64,000 nt of DNA from Utricularia gibba. Taxonomy: Eukaryota; Plantae; Magnoliophyta. Below are positions 25,329-43,636 of the stretch, one piece after another. Position 1 is the first letter of the stretch. Every line of letters starts with the position of its first letter. Below the pieces are notes generated by a model, which ran no database searches, was not told where the DNA came from, and worked only from the letters and a program-made list of their open reading frames with translations. The DNA lies in NCBI GenBank assembly GCA_002189035.1, contig NEEC01000025.1, positions 496,001-560,000 on the forward strand, read 5' to 3'. A program made the position numbers and the translations under genes.

Positions 25329-26493
25329 CTTGACGATGATTAAATCTGATGTCTCAAGAGAGGTGAACGGCTGACCTTGAACGATAACTCTTCTTTCACC
25401 CTTCTAGATATTTTTAGAAATCATACGTAAACGACACCGTTTTGCTGCATATAAAAATATGGGCCTGTCCATTTCCTAACGGATCAGCCCAGAGTTCCCA
25501 TTCGGCCCAATGGGGTCACTTCCCTTTCAAAGTTATTTCTTTTTAAACAAAAAGCCCTCGTACTAATAATAAATTTAAAAAAAGGCGGCACATCGGCCAC
25601 GTGATGTAATAGTGTCGGCGTCGACATCGTGCGGGGCCCACAAGGGATTCTAGCGGTATGCGGGGCCCATTTCGCGGATTCGGGTCTCGGCTTCTCAAAA
25701 AGCTTCCTTTTTCGCGTCTTCGCGAGAAATTATTATTCCAATTAAAGAGGGAAAAAAAAGAAAAGGTATATTCCTTGTCAGGGTTTTCATAGTAACATCC
25801 CAAAAGGTCACTTCATTAAAGAGGAAAAAAGAAGAGATTAAGTAATTTTTATTAAAATAATATATCATATTTTTTTTAAATTAAAATAATTTAAAATAAT
25901 ATATCCATTTTTAAATTATACAATTTCAATTTCAATGAACGCAATCTTATCTAATAAATATGAAAGTATCTTTCAAGACATTGACTTCATTTGTTCCCAT
26001 AATAATAATTATGTGCATTGATTTTAACAATAAAAATAAAATATACAACTTATGTTAAAAAAATAGGGAAGAATAATATTTTAAAGCATATTCCATTAAA
26101 CTTTATAATGAATAAGTCGAGGTGTAATTAGTATAGGAAAAGGAGTTCATTCCCATGGGAAACCTTGAAAGTGTGTGTTTGTCCAGATTTGAGTCATACA
26201 AAGAACAGGTGTGGGATGAATAAACGCATCTGCTGCAGCAGTATTATTCAAGGGGGCAGATGGGAGGGAAGATGATCCACCACCAGTTTCATATGTCCCT
26301 CTGCTATTGCACGCATCAAACAACACATATGAACTCTCAGTCAAATCTAAAGGGTTTGAAAAACAAGCCAAAGAATGCAAAACTGGTGAAGAGCAAGCAG
26401 GCACCACGCATTGCTCCAGCCCTCTGATTTACACAAGCATCTCTAGCAAAGAAGGATGATCAAACCTCATGTCTTCACTGATGGACTTGCGGG

Positions 26494-26514
26494 TATATAT
26501 ATATATATATATAT
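26494..26514. repeat. (TA)n microsatellite
   Basis: About 10 TA units; the paralogous position in copy A has a (GAT)n run (about 18593-18610) instead. Confidence 0.9.
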
Positions 26515-26631
26515 CTTTGATGAACCACTTCCTGGTGGCCCGATGCTTGGAGAATCTATAGGGATACAGATGTGATTCATAATCCACATGTTTTCCAAGT
26601 CCTACACGACCCTTCAGAAAACTGGAATCCC

Positions 26632-28350
26632 CTAAGCAGCTACTCCTGTGGAAAAAGCAAGTTTTGTTTAGTTAGGAACAGAACTCGAGATATGTGGGCT
26701 TTTTCTGGTGCTTATGAAGAGCAGAGTGTGTTGGTGGCATTCAAAGCATTGAGATGAGGGGAGGCAGAGGTTGTTACCTCTACTGGGTTGTCTATTTGGA
26801 ACATCATAGCCTACTCCATAATCATCTGATTCGTTCAAGGTGGCATTTTCAGAATTGTGGAGACCATAATCAACGAAGGAAGCAGCGCCACCAAGGGCGG
26901 CAGGGGTAGATTGCCAAGTACGGTCGCCGTAAACAGAGCGGGAGCCCCAACCAACATGGTACAAATCATCGTATGCTGGCTCGTGTTCTCTGCTTATATC
27001 AACAAATGAAGATGATGATGCTGCTACACCATTTAAACTGTTCCTCCCAAGTCCTGTTGCTCCCACGGCATAACCATTTTCTCCAAAGCCGCCAAGACCA
27101 GAATTTCCACCACCGAAGCTTGAAGAACTCACTCCCAAAGAGGGAGCAACATGGGAAGTGCCCCAACTGGCTCCAAGGTTTCCAAACACTCCAAAACTCC
27201 CATTTCCAGAACCAAGGTGTGAATTGAAGCCAGAATTCTTTGATGAACTGCTGAGACCACCATTTCCCCATACATTCCTGGGTGACATAATCATGGAAGA
27301 GTTCCCTCTCATGCTACTCGTATTGTAACCAACAGGATCATTGTAACGGTTCGGGTTGGAATTGATGTAAGGATTCAGGACACGTCCAAAACCAAGATTA
27401 TTATTGAAGTTCGTACCCCCACCAAATCCGACATTCAATCCTTGGTCCATATTCACACCCATCCCATAACCAGGAGAACTAAAAGGAGATAAACCAGCAC
27501 GAGCACTCGCTAGGGGACTGTATCGACCATCCATTCTCATCCCATATCCTCCAACTGAGCTCATGTTATACCCCTGGGGATAGTTACTCAGCAAGTTGTT
27601 AGATCTGCTGAAACCATAACTGTAACTCATAACGGGGCTTCGGCTGGATCCAGGAGACAACTCCTTAGGCACAGCTCTTTTTACCTCTACCATTTTTCCA
27701 TTTAATTCATGAAATGTCTTGTGCAACACTCTGTCGACAGCATCCTCCGAATCATAAGTTATGAAACCAAAACCTCTAGGCCTTTGGGTGTTATGGTCAT
27801 ACATAACGACAACATCAGTTATCATCCCAAACTGTTTGAAGTAGTTCTTGAAATCATTTTCAGTGACTGTGGAGGGCAATCCTCCTACAAAAATCTTTTT
27901 AGTTCGACCTGACCCTGGAGATCCGTGAATGCTGCCACTCATTCGGTTTACCAGGTGCTGATCATCCCGTGGAACAGCCTTCTTGGCCTCCACCTACAAG
28001 AACCAGCAAGAAGCAATTAAATAACGACTCAAAGCAGAAGCACATTATCCTCAAAAAGAAAAGAACAAACTTCCCCATTAAACGGGCAGCAATGGAGCCT
28101 CCAAAGAAGCCATTTTTAGAACACTTACAGTTCGCCCATCGAGTGTGTGCTTCTCCTGTACCACTTGTTCAGCGACTGCAGGGTCCGCAAAGACTACGAA
28201 GCCGAATCCCCGAGCACGGCCTGTGGCACGATCTCTCATGATCACAGCCTCTATTACTTCTCCATACACTCCGAAATACTCTTTAAGACGATCCTCATTA
28301 GTGTCCCATGAAATCCCACCAATAAAAAGTTTCCCCTGATCGATCTCCAT
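26632..28350 (-). CDS. hnRNP A/B 2-RRM RNA-binding protein, copy 2
   Basis: Same exon structure as copy 1, identical RRM region, last exon GVAA* at 26645-26632. Confidence 0.93.
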
Positions 28351-31126
28351 CTTCTCTATAATGTTACAAAGCAGCCCGGATTCCGCTGCACTTCATCGGA
28401 TCAAAGAAACGAAAATTAGAATCTCTATTGCAAAACATATCTTGATCGATAAGTTGTAAAAAAAAATGGAATCAAACGAAATCCCACAACCAAGCAACTG
28501 GTTCTCATTGATTCCACAACGGTGTCAAAGATAAGAACAACAACGCAGGTCAAAGGTGACTGACACAGAATCGAGAATACCAACTAACTGGGAGCAACCA
28601 AAAGAGAAGGTCTAACAGATCAAACGTTGAGGAAATTGAATCGGACTACCGAAAACAAAACCAAAAAAAGATAGAAAGAAACTCACCCAGAAAAAACCCA
28701 ACAAAAATCAGTTTTAGAGATTAGTTGGGGAATGCAGGATTCAATCTAAAATCATCGGATCCTGATGAGATTTGATTCCACTCATGTAAGCCTGAAAAAC
28801 CAAAAATCTAAATCAACGGCGATACCCACAACCAAAACAAAATCAATATCTATCATCAAATGCTCGTTTCAATCCCTCACCATCAGAACTGAAGGAAAAA
28901 TAGAGTGAAATCAAGGTGCAATGAGGGAGCAACACACACAGAAAAGAGAAGGTATGCTCCCTTCTCCCTTTCCCTTCCCTTCACCTTCCCTTCTCACCCC
29001 AAAAGTCCGTCTCTGCCTTTTCCTGGTTTATTCCACTCTTTTAACAACAACCCCCTCAAAAAAAAAAAAAAAAAACAAGAATTTAAAAAAAGAAAGAGGA
29101 GAGAAATCAGAATGACGCTGAATTCTCGAGAAAATCCATTTAACTCCGCACCAGAATATATTGGAAGGTGGTTGGCCTTCAACGTGCCATTGTTGGGCAA
29201 ATGTACATCTCTGCTGTAAGAATTTCCCTTGTCCAAAAAGGTGCTGCCTTTGACATCTCAATCACTCTCTTACAACACACCCATGTTTATTGTCCTAATA
29301 CGATTCAGGAATGCCATTTCATTCCATCGTCTCCCCCCGCAGCAACCTGAATCGCCTGGAGCAGCTCAAGACGAGCAAATAAATGTACATTAGATGCAGT
29401 GGCTCGTAGGGTGAAGGAAAAAACGGTGATCTCCGTACTAATTAATTATTTAGAGTAATTCAATTAGCTTTAACACTTGATAAATTTACTTAAAAAGAAA
29501 AAAAGACCATGGTGAAGATGGATGGCATTTTGGACCACAATGTTGACATTATTGCCCCACACAACTTCAACTTTGGTGGATCCTGACGACAAATATTACC
29601 CCAGGAGAACCAAAGAATCCAACTTCCTTGTCTTTTTCTCATTTTAATTCGGAAATAAATAAATTTATTATTTTCATAAAAAACGAGAAAATATATGTGG
29701 GAAAATTTTAATGGTATTTTTTTATATTTATTCACAATGAAATTCAAAAACAATTTAATTTGGGGAACCGACACTCTTCTTTAGACGCATAGCGACCATT
29801 CTAGGAATGGATCTATTTTTCTATTTTTGTTTATTACAAGTGGAAAGGGTTTGTGTTTTTGAAGGTTTGGGCCTTAGGCCCAGATATAAAACGGATAGAT
29901 TTGGGGATCCGGGTTATGGGTTATTTGGGTATCCGGTTTCCGGGTTTTCTCGAATTCGTGCCCTGTTTTGTTCGTCGCCGCGGAGGCTATGAATTCTGAT
30001 CGTGGATTGGAGTTCTGGATTCGTGTTTGTTGTGTTTGGTTTCCGAGAATTGTGAATTCGTATTCTACGAGGTTGGAATCGCCGGATGCGGCTGTCTGTA
30101 TGGTTGATGCGAAGAATAAGAGGAAGGGCCTGACTCGATGGTTGGCACGCGTCTCCGGCCTGATTAGGGAGGTGCATACCTTCACTCCGTGGTGCCACCA
30201 CTGTTCCTTTCATTGGCTCCAAGTCCGAGACACTAGGTTAGTCCGGGTATGATGCACAATCTTCCCAATTTCAATTTATGGCTGTTGCATTAGTGGGGCT
30301 TCTTAGAGTCAGCTCCGCCCATGTCACCAGTTTTCATTAGCGACAGTTATTGCTCTCTGATGGTTCGTCAAGCTCCATTTCTCTTTTCCTGCCCCAGGCC
30401 ATGTAGCTTTGTTGATGTATCAATGCTCGTTTCAACCACACGGAGAACATCTGTACTGCGGAGGTTGCTTGCCTTCATTAGCCTTCTGCGTATTGACAGC
30501 ATTGGGTCTCTTTATTTATGACTAGCCTTTCAATTCCCAATTTTTAACATCAAAATGAGCTGATATGCATCACTTTACCAGGCGCAGCTTTATCTATTCT
30601 ACCACCACCAGAGTCTTAGCTCGAACTGATCAAACTCAATATTGGCGGCGCCTCAGACTTCCACCAGCCCGAAACCCACCACCCTTTGGGTAGAATCCTG
30701 AAATATGAAGTTGATGGAGCCGGGAATTACATGACACTAATCATTAGAGAGAAAGGGTTAGTTCCAGAGTCACACATGCCTTATCTTATTTGAACCTGGA
30801 TCATGGTCGTTTTTCTGTCACTGATCTTCAGAACAAAAATTCGAAAAGAATTGAATTTTCAAACTTCAGGATAAAGAACCTGGATTTAATACAGGTATGA
30901 ATTATTTTGTACAGAGATTGGGGACAGGTAGATGAAAGCACTAAGATGACCTATCTTGGTAGTAACTAGAGCCGTACGCTTGCCAGTGACGCCACATGGG
31001 AAGTTACGTTTATGCCCCTGGTCAAATATATAGATGAGTGGAATAAAATAGGGCAATGATAAAAGATGGGTCAGGATTCGGGTTTTCCTCTGACAATCTT
31101 CTTCCTCGCCATAATTCCTCTATCAA

Positions 31127-34001
31127 ATGGAAGATTGTCACTCGCTCCCCGACCCAAACACCGAGCTCTCACCCAAACGAAGCGCTGTTTTCCACGCTCC
31201 GGATCAGGTGGTTGGCGCCGTTGGAGGCTCAAAATCCGGTGGGAAATATCGCTTGATGTCTCCGGCCAAGCTCCCGATCTGTAGGTCGACTTGCATTACC
31301 ATTCCTCCTGGGCTCAGCCCCACAGCTTTTCTAGACTCGCCCGTGCTTCTGCCGGACATAAAGGTCGCCGCTTGTGTTTTTTTAATAAGAGGGACACTTA
31401 CTTTTTGCTCTTTTCAGCTATTGTTCCGGGAAGTGTTGTTGACCGCAGGGAAGGCAGTTGTTGGTTGTGGATAGTGGGATTTCGATTCGGATCCGATATT
31501 GATTTTCTGTTCCATGGCTGTGGACTTAACCTCTGTGCCTTTCAAGTCAATAACATGAGAGCTTTTTCATTTTCCCCGAGATGTGAAAGCCTGTGTTCAG
31601 ATGCCTCCCCTGATTTGGATTGGCTTGGTTTAGTTTGATGTGAATCCATTTTTTAGCTTTACTGATGCCCGGTATGCCTTACAGGCAGAATGGTTACTGT
31701 GTTTTGATATTAGAGCATGCATTTAATAATGTCGATTCAAACATGTTTGTTGGGAAATTGCCTTATACTCTAGCATCCTGTTGATGTTGATTTGGTGTCT
31801 AGTTACTTTACCATCATTTTTTTTTCTCTGCGGGAATTTAAGGGTGCCTGGGCAGTGCGAGTGTGGATCTTGGGACCATTAGATTCCGATGCTTGCATTT
31901 GGCCTTTGGGAGTATTGTATTAATTTCTCTCAGAATATTTTCAAGGGCAGAGTTGTACGTGGAGAAGAGTATCAATTTTATACTCCATCTTTTTTTTCTT
32001 TTTCAAGGGCTTGATTCATGTAGTTCTTGGCCGTTGAATGTACTCACTGTTAGGTGATTCTGGTTCTGCAGGTCGAACCTTCTCCAACTACTGGTTCCCT
32101 TTTCAAGCCTCAGCTGATGCAAGGATCTTGCCAAAATACTACAAGGCCGCTAGAAAATAATCATCCAACCAGTAAAGATTTCAATTCAGGGGCTTCAAGC
32201 GGTTTTGAATTCAGATTTCATTCTGGAGCTGGAGCTAGTTCCACATCAGGATATCATCAATCTGCCGGGCTGCCGGTAGGACATTTCATCTCACATCATG
32301 TTCTGTTATTCTCTTTATTCTCCTACTAGTTGTAACATGAATGCTTAAGTAATTCCAAAACTTTCATTGGGAATTTGTAGTGTTTCCCGTGAACACCTTT
32401 GCTCTTTATCCATTTTACCACATGCTTCTTTTATTTTGAAGATGCCAGCCGGATTGTCAAAGACGGGGTCAACCAGTAATCAAGATCAATGCTGCTCACA
32501 TCCCCCACCATCTTCACCACAGGCTGCTCTAGCAGTTGCTGATGCAGCGCGTTTTAGAACCACAGCGACTGATGAGTTTAGTCAGGAAGGGACAAGGAGC
32601 ATTCAAGCATCATCATCTGATCAAAAAGACGGGATTTCCTCAGCTAGTGTCGATAAAGCATCAGATGATGGATATAACTGGAGGAAGTATGGGCAGAAAT
32701 TAGTCAAAGGAAGTGAATTTCCACGAAGCTATTATAAATGCACATTCCCAAACTGTGAGGTGAAAAAAATATTTGAACGCTCTCCAAGTGGCCATATTAC
32801 AGAGATTGTGTACAAGGGTTCACATGACCACCCCAAACCTCAACCTGTACGCCGGCACAATTCTATCATGGCGTTGGCAGCTCATGAGGATAAAATGAAT
32901 AAAGACCTCCTGCTCCGTGGTCATGAGGGTACTTGCCATACTTGTATTTCATCTCACACAACATCACAGAACATGGAATCTTTGGAACTTGATAGTCCAT
33001 ATCATATTGTAGAGGTGCTTGAAAATGTTATCGCTGGTTCATTTATTTTACTTTTCCATGTAGACAAGTTCAGCTCCAGCAATCTGGAGCAGAATGGCTC
33101 TCCAGTAGTATCTCCTTTATCAGCAAATGAAGTAGGGTTGGATGGTGCCGGACCACAAGTTCCAGGTAACATCGAGGATGTTGAGGAGGAGGGTCAATGC
33201 ATAAAGAGAAGGTATGAGCTTATAGTCATTACCTGAGCTTCCCTTCATCTTATTTTTACGTGGAAAATCTATGACCAGGAAACTAGAGGATTGCATGGAT
33301 GTCACTCCGGTCGTTAGGCCGATCCGCGAGCCTCGGGTTGTAGTTCAAACAGTAAGTGAGGTTGACATATTGGATGATGGATATAGGTGGCGCAAGTACG
33401 GCCAGAAAGTTGTAAGAGGGAATCCAAATCCTAGGTATGCAAACATGGTTTCTATGCTTGGTATTTCCAAATATTCCCATTGTCAATGGATCAGCTGATT
33501 CATCTGTACTGCGTACCCTTGATGAGTAGCTTGTGATTCAGGAGCTATTACAAGTGCACAAATCCTGGATGTCCTGTGAGAAAGCATGTCGAAAGGGCGT
33601 CTCATGACCCCAAAGCTGTGATAACCACCTACGAAGGCAAGCACAATCATGACGTCCCAACTGCCAAAAGCAGCAGCCACGACTTCCCCGGAACTGGACC
33701 ACCACCTCACGTTAGAGCTTCAAAGATCAGACCACAAGATGGGCCTCTGATCAGCCTCGACCTCGGTGTTGGGATCAGCCGGAACAGAACCAACGAACCA
33801 GTTCCAAGGACTCTGGAGTCTGAGTCCACTCGGGCTGTAGTTCATACCGCACAAGACTCTGCTTGCTATGGCATTGTAACGAATTCCTATGGGATCAGAG
33901 AGAACCCCATCGAAGGTCACGGATTCCAGACGCCCGCAGTTCTTCCTTCTAACCCTTGCCCACCAATACAATCAGTTGGAAGAATACGCATGGGGCCTTA
34001 G
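31127..34001 (+). CDS. WRKY20: Group I WRKY transcription factor, WRKY20/SUSIBA2-like
   Basis: [12 protein letters not shown]...[27 protein letters not shown], two WRKYGQK domains (about 32679 and 33388) each with a C2H2 finger, RMGP* end. Confidence 0.93.
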
Positions 34002-34882
34002 ACCAACCCTGCAACACTTTGATCTAATCTCATGTATGTCGCTGAGTGTATTATTACCAGAAGTTGCAAGAACTAAAGCTGATTTTTTTCTATTACCAGG
34101 TCATTACCCTAACAAAATCAACTCTAGGATCACCATATTTCGGAAAAGGAGTTTCATTTAGGCGCCATTGAAAAAAAAAATCATCTAGGAGTTGATCCGC
34201 GAAATCACCAACCACTTTTGGAACAACGAAACCCTAAAAAAGTAGCCCCAGCCATGCAGCTCCATGGATCATGGGTACCTTGACATCGTAATCCGACCAA
34301 TTGAGGGACTACTGACTGCATTAGGATGCTGTTAGTTGGGGCTCCGATAAAGTCCTTCGATTTCGTTTTTCCCACATAAAAGAACAACGAAAAAATGTAG
34401 AAGAAGGGTCTAGGATCAGACTGACGTGCAAAAACATCTCAGCAGTGCCAAATGCGATTAGCCTCTGCAAATATGAAATCATCATTTCCTAGACTCCCCC
34501 ATTCTTTCTTGTCAAATGCAAAACACCCTCGAATCGCACCGAGACAGAAGCAGAGAACTGCCAAACCCAGGGGGCAACCCCCATGGAATTCGTTCCGTCT
34601 TCTGGTGGCGGCACCCCAGCCACTCCCCTGCTGTGCCCTCGATTGGATCTGTGAACCCTACCTATATAAGGTATTGTTGGGTTGGGCCGAATCGAAAAAG
34701 CTTCGGCCCAATATTCAGTGATCCAATATTACGAATTAATGAATTACTAATACATCTTTCCATTGCGAACGGGCAGGAAATTCAAGATGTTTAACAACAA
34801 AATTTATAAATCCTTCGGTGTATATACAAATGCAAATTAAAATATTTCTAAAAAAAGAATTTTTTTTTTATTTAAAAAAAAG

Positions 34883-37800
34883 CTAAAGTTTTTCCTCCTG
34901 TACAGCAGCAGCGGCAGCAGGCATGACGAGATCAGTCTCCTGGAACTGGAAATGATCATTCTCCTCCCTGTCCTCGTCGTCGCTGCTGCTCTCCGGTTTC
35001 CTCTTCATGACCTTGGGCACGAATCTGGTCACCAACTTCGTCTCCGCCTCGCTGCTGCTGCTGCTGCTGCTCACCCTTTCGAATCTAACGGCGCTCACCT
35101 TCCTCGCATTCCCAGCAAGTATCTCCAGCTTGAACACCTGAGACTTCTCGTTCCCATCATGCCTCTCTCCTTCCTCTCCATTGTAGCTGCTTCCATCTTC
35201 CCGCTTGTCCTTTTCTAACACCACTTTTACCGTCTCCCCCGTCCTCGGAATGTAGCCGAATGCCTCGCACACGAAGCCGGAAACTGTCTCGCATTGATGG
35301 CCCTGCATGAGTCCACTCAGAAAAGGCAGATGTGATAGCGGTGGTGGATGGACGTACCTCCGGCATCTTGATGCTGAGGTCTGCAGAAAGATGGTCGATG
35401 GATGTGTTGGCATCAACGTCGTATATGCCCTCCGCGCGCATCACAATGTAGCCGGTTTTTTTCTGGATTTCCTCCTGCGTGAAAGAGATGATTTTTGCAA
35501 TAACACATCATCTTGGAAACCAGTTATGCTGATTAGGTACCTACCTTTGAGTCGTTCTCGTCGAAAATTTCGCCGACGATTTCCTCCACCACGTCCTCGA
35601 GCGTTACAATCTGTGGGAGGGAAGAAGAGTACATCAGAACACCTGGTTCTTCAGGAAGGGGAACTCACCCACAGAAGAAGTTGCAGTTGCCTACACCAAC
35701 AGTTCCACCATATTCATTCAGGACAACAGCCATGTGGACTTTCCGGATACGGAACTCGCGTAAGAGATTCCAAACCAACATCGAATCTGTGTTCAGGTGT
35801 AAGATTCCTCATCAACAATCTCACCAAATAAGGGTTCAGTAGCTCAAATGCACTTACCGGGAACAAAATATGCTGGCTTGTGCGCCATGTCTCCAACCTT
35901 AGAACTCTCCAGGAGTTCCCCCTTCAGAACCAAACATTACATAATTCCACATACTCAGCTATTACTCTACTCAGAAGGGTCAGAAGTTAACTAACCTTCT
36001 GCACAAAATCCAGAAGATCCATTGCATAGGCAATTCCAACAATGTTGTCGATACGCTCCTCAAAAACCGGCACCCTTCAAGCCAACGGAATAGTTGGTTT
36101 GAGTGTGGTAAAGCATTTGAAAAATAAGCAATCAGCATCACCTAGAATATTGATGATCCACCCAAGAATTATGGAAATCAATGAGTGAGGAACTGGCATC
36201 TATAGCAACGACATCCACTAAAGGTGTCATAACCTCCCTAACATGCGTGTCTTTTATCTCCAGTACATTTTCTATCATATCCTGTAAAATCCAACTGCGA
36301 TCATAATACATGTTACTGAAGACTGTTGTAACGTGATTGAACAAGATACCTGTTCTTCTTCCTCAATGGCACCGCTTAGCTCTGCTCCTCGTAGCATTAA
36401 TTTCAGTTCATCCTCAGTGACATACGGTTCTCTAGCACATTATCACAACACAAGCTTAATAAAAAGCAGTGATCCTGGGGCACTACAAATGATCAGCAAG
36501 TAAAAAGCAACGGGCAAGCTGATGTTTGTCCACTAAATAACTTTTTCCTCCATTCTCAATGTGCAGATTAATGTGAGCGCACCTTCTTCCCTTCAGTCCT
36601 AGCAACTTCAGTATCCCCATCGACAAATATGTCACCACTCTGCCTACAGGGTACAGAACTAGTGAAAGCCATGCCACTGGCCTGACCTAAAGGAACAATG
36701 ATGATAAAAACCATCAATAAAAATGGAATTGTGCATAGTTTTCTTTATATATATAGCATAAGGTGTACCACATGTAGAGCGAACATGAATCTTACCACAA
36801 ACCTCGCAACCTCGGTGGCATTATGGACGGCAATGCTTTTGGGAGTAATTTCGGTAAGAAGCAAAATAGCAACCTGGTGTATTATGAAGCATAGAGTTCA
36901 AAAACCTTCAGGAATAAAAAAACGAGCTGCATTCTATTAAATTCCCTAGATGGGATAAAGATGAAGTAGAGACTGAAAGCTTCCATCAAATCTACAAAAT
37001 TAGTGAAGGGCAGCGAGGAAAATCAAAACATACAGTCATCACTCCAGTAGCTGCACTGATACCAGCCTCGCCAAATATTGCCGTAGCAGCATCAGTAACC
37101 ATTGCTGTTGCACCAATATTCACCACCCTGGAAAGAAAATATTTCTGATAAGCCAGCGTGAATGCCTAATATTTTCAGAAAGAGTTGATTCTTAACAAAA
37201 TCAGGTCTACGTTGTGCCAATGAGGATTGTCGTAAGGAAACGAGTAACATCATTCCTAAGCATTCTGAATACACCAGTCTCTGATTCCTTCTCAGCCAGC
37301 TCCCGCACCTTCAATGAGCATGTAAGCAAGAAATATATTGTTGATCAGAATTCCAGACAAAAAGGACAACTGCTTGCCATCAAGCATACGCATGACTTCA
37401 TAACACAAAGGTAAGAAAATTTCTAATATGAAAAGCTGTTGAATAATTAAGCAAGGTAGTATTCGCAGGCAGAACGTGTACAATGCAGTTCTATTATAGA
37501 GATCTTCTGAAAACTAGATATCAGTCGGATTGGGAGTGATTCAACATGAATCTAGAACATGCATGCTCAAGCAAGTTCTCCTATAATCAAAGTGGCACTG
37601 TCAAGCAGCCAAGAGTTGAAGTCAAATCACACCAGAGCATTTTTACAGCCTTAGCATACCTTCCAAGGCCAGAGAGTGGTAATGGAGGTCTCAGCCAAAG
37701 AGAAGAATGCCGAAAGCCCTAACAACAGAGCAAGAACAAGCCCTTGTTCTTTGAAAACCGTCAAAACCTGTAAAACCTTGGGCCACGAAGTCCTCATCGT

Positions 37801-38243
37801 CGACACAATTCGTTCCCAAATCCCATATCCTGCAATGATACCACCTTCGGCGGCAAGCGCTCTCCGGCAATTCAACAAAATTACGACCCCAGTCACCGTG
37901 GCTGCAATCGTCAGCCCTCCTCTCGCAAAAATCCCAAGGAGCTTCTTTTTTTCCACCCTATTACCAATCTCGCAATCGCCATTTCTAGAGGAACTCGCTC
38001 TAAGCTTGAGCGAACGAAGGGGCGCTCTCTCATTGGGACTGACGGATGCAAACCGGGAAGTGTACAGTGCAGGACAATACATACTGTAGCGAAACCTCGT
38101 CCCTGCTGATCCTCGATCACTTTCAACAGCGGATTCCGCAAAACCTGGAATGACAAAGTCGAACGGCATGGAGATGGGTATCTGTACAAGAGCTTGGTCT
38201 CAGACATTGCTGCCGCCGACGCTGCAGAAACGGCGGCATCCAT
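34883..38243 (-). CDS. Plastid DUF21 (CNNM)-CBS-CorC/HlyC domain protein
   Basis: LLGLSAFFSLAETSITTLWPWK, LLLTEITPKSIAVHNA, EPYVTEDELKLMLRGAELSGAIEEEEQ, CBS VREVMTPLVDVVAIDA, CorC DANTSID. The likely start at 38243 is out of frame by a 1-nt deletion at 38114/38115; an alternative in-frame ATG is at 38169. Confidence 0.92.
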
Positions 38244-38592
38244 TGTTCTTCCCACTTAATATACAGAAATTAATAAGAAACCCCCCAAAGATTCGGCTTT
38301 TATGGAATCTTTGGCCTTTTGGCTCTGAGATGAAATCTCGCAAGCACCAGGCGATAAGCTCCTTGCCCCGGAGAAACTCTCTCCGGCAAGTTGCGAGGAA
38401 AAGTTACATCAATACCCTCAATAGTTTTCTTTTTGATTAAATTAGGGGGAAAAAACCCTCGTTCATCCAAAGCAAACACAAAACTTTCAGTGAAGGAGCA
38501 CAGAACTAAAGCCTTCCCTTATTCAAATGAGGAACTAGAAGCTAGAAACATGACACGCTGATGATAAGCTCAAGCACCAGTGTGATAAGTTG

Positions 38593-43636
<5,044 letters not shown>

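Larger units (their letters stand above)
25580..29155. repeat. Segmental duplication copy B (G-box block, hnRNP gene and 5' region)
   Basis: Homologous to 17785-21345. Confidence 0.85.

Noticed and set aside
25810-26140. AT-rich block unique to duplication copy B, possible MITE
   Set aside because: No terminal inverted repeats or target-site duplication found.
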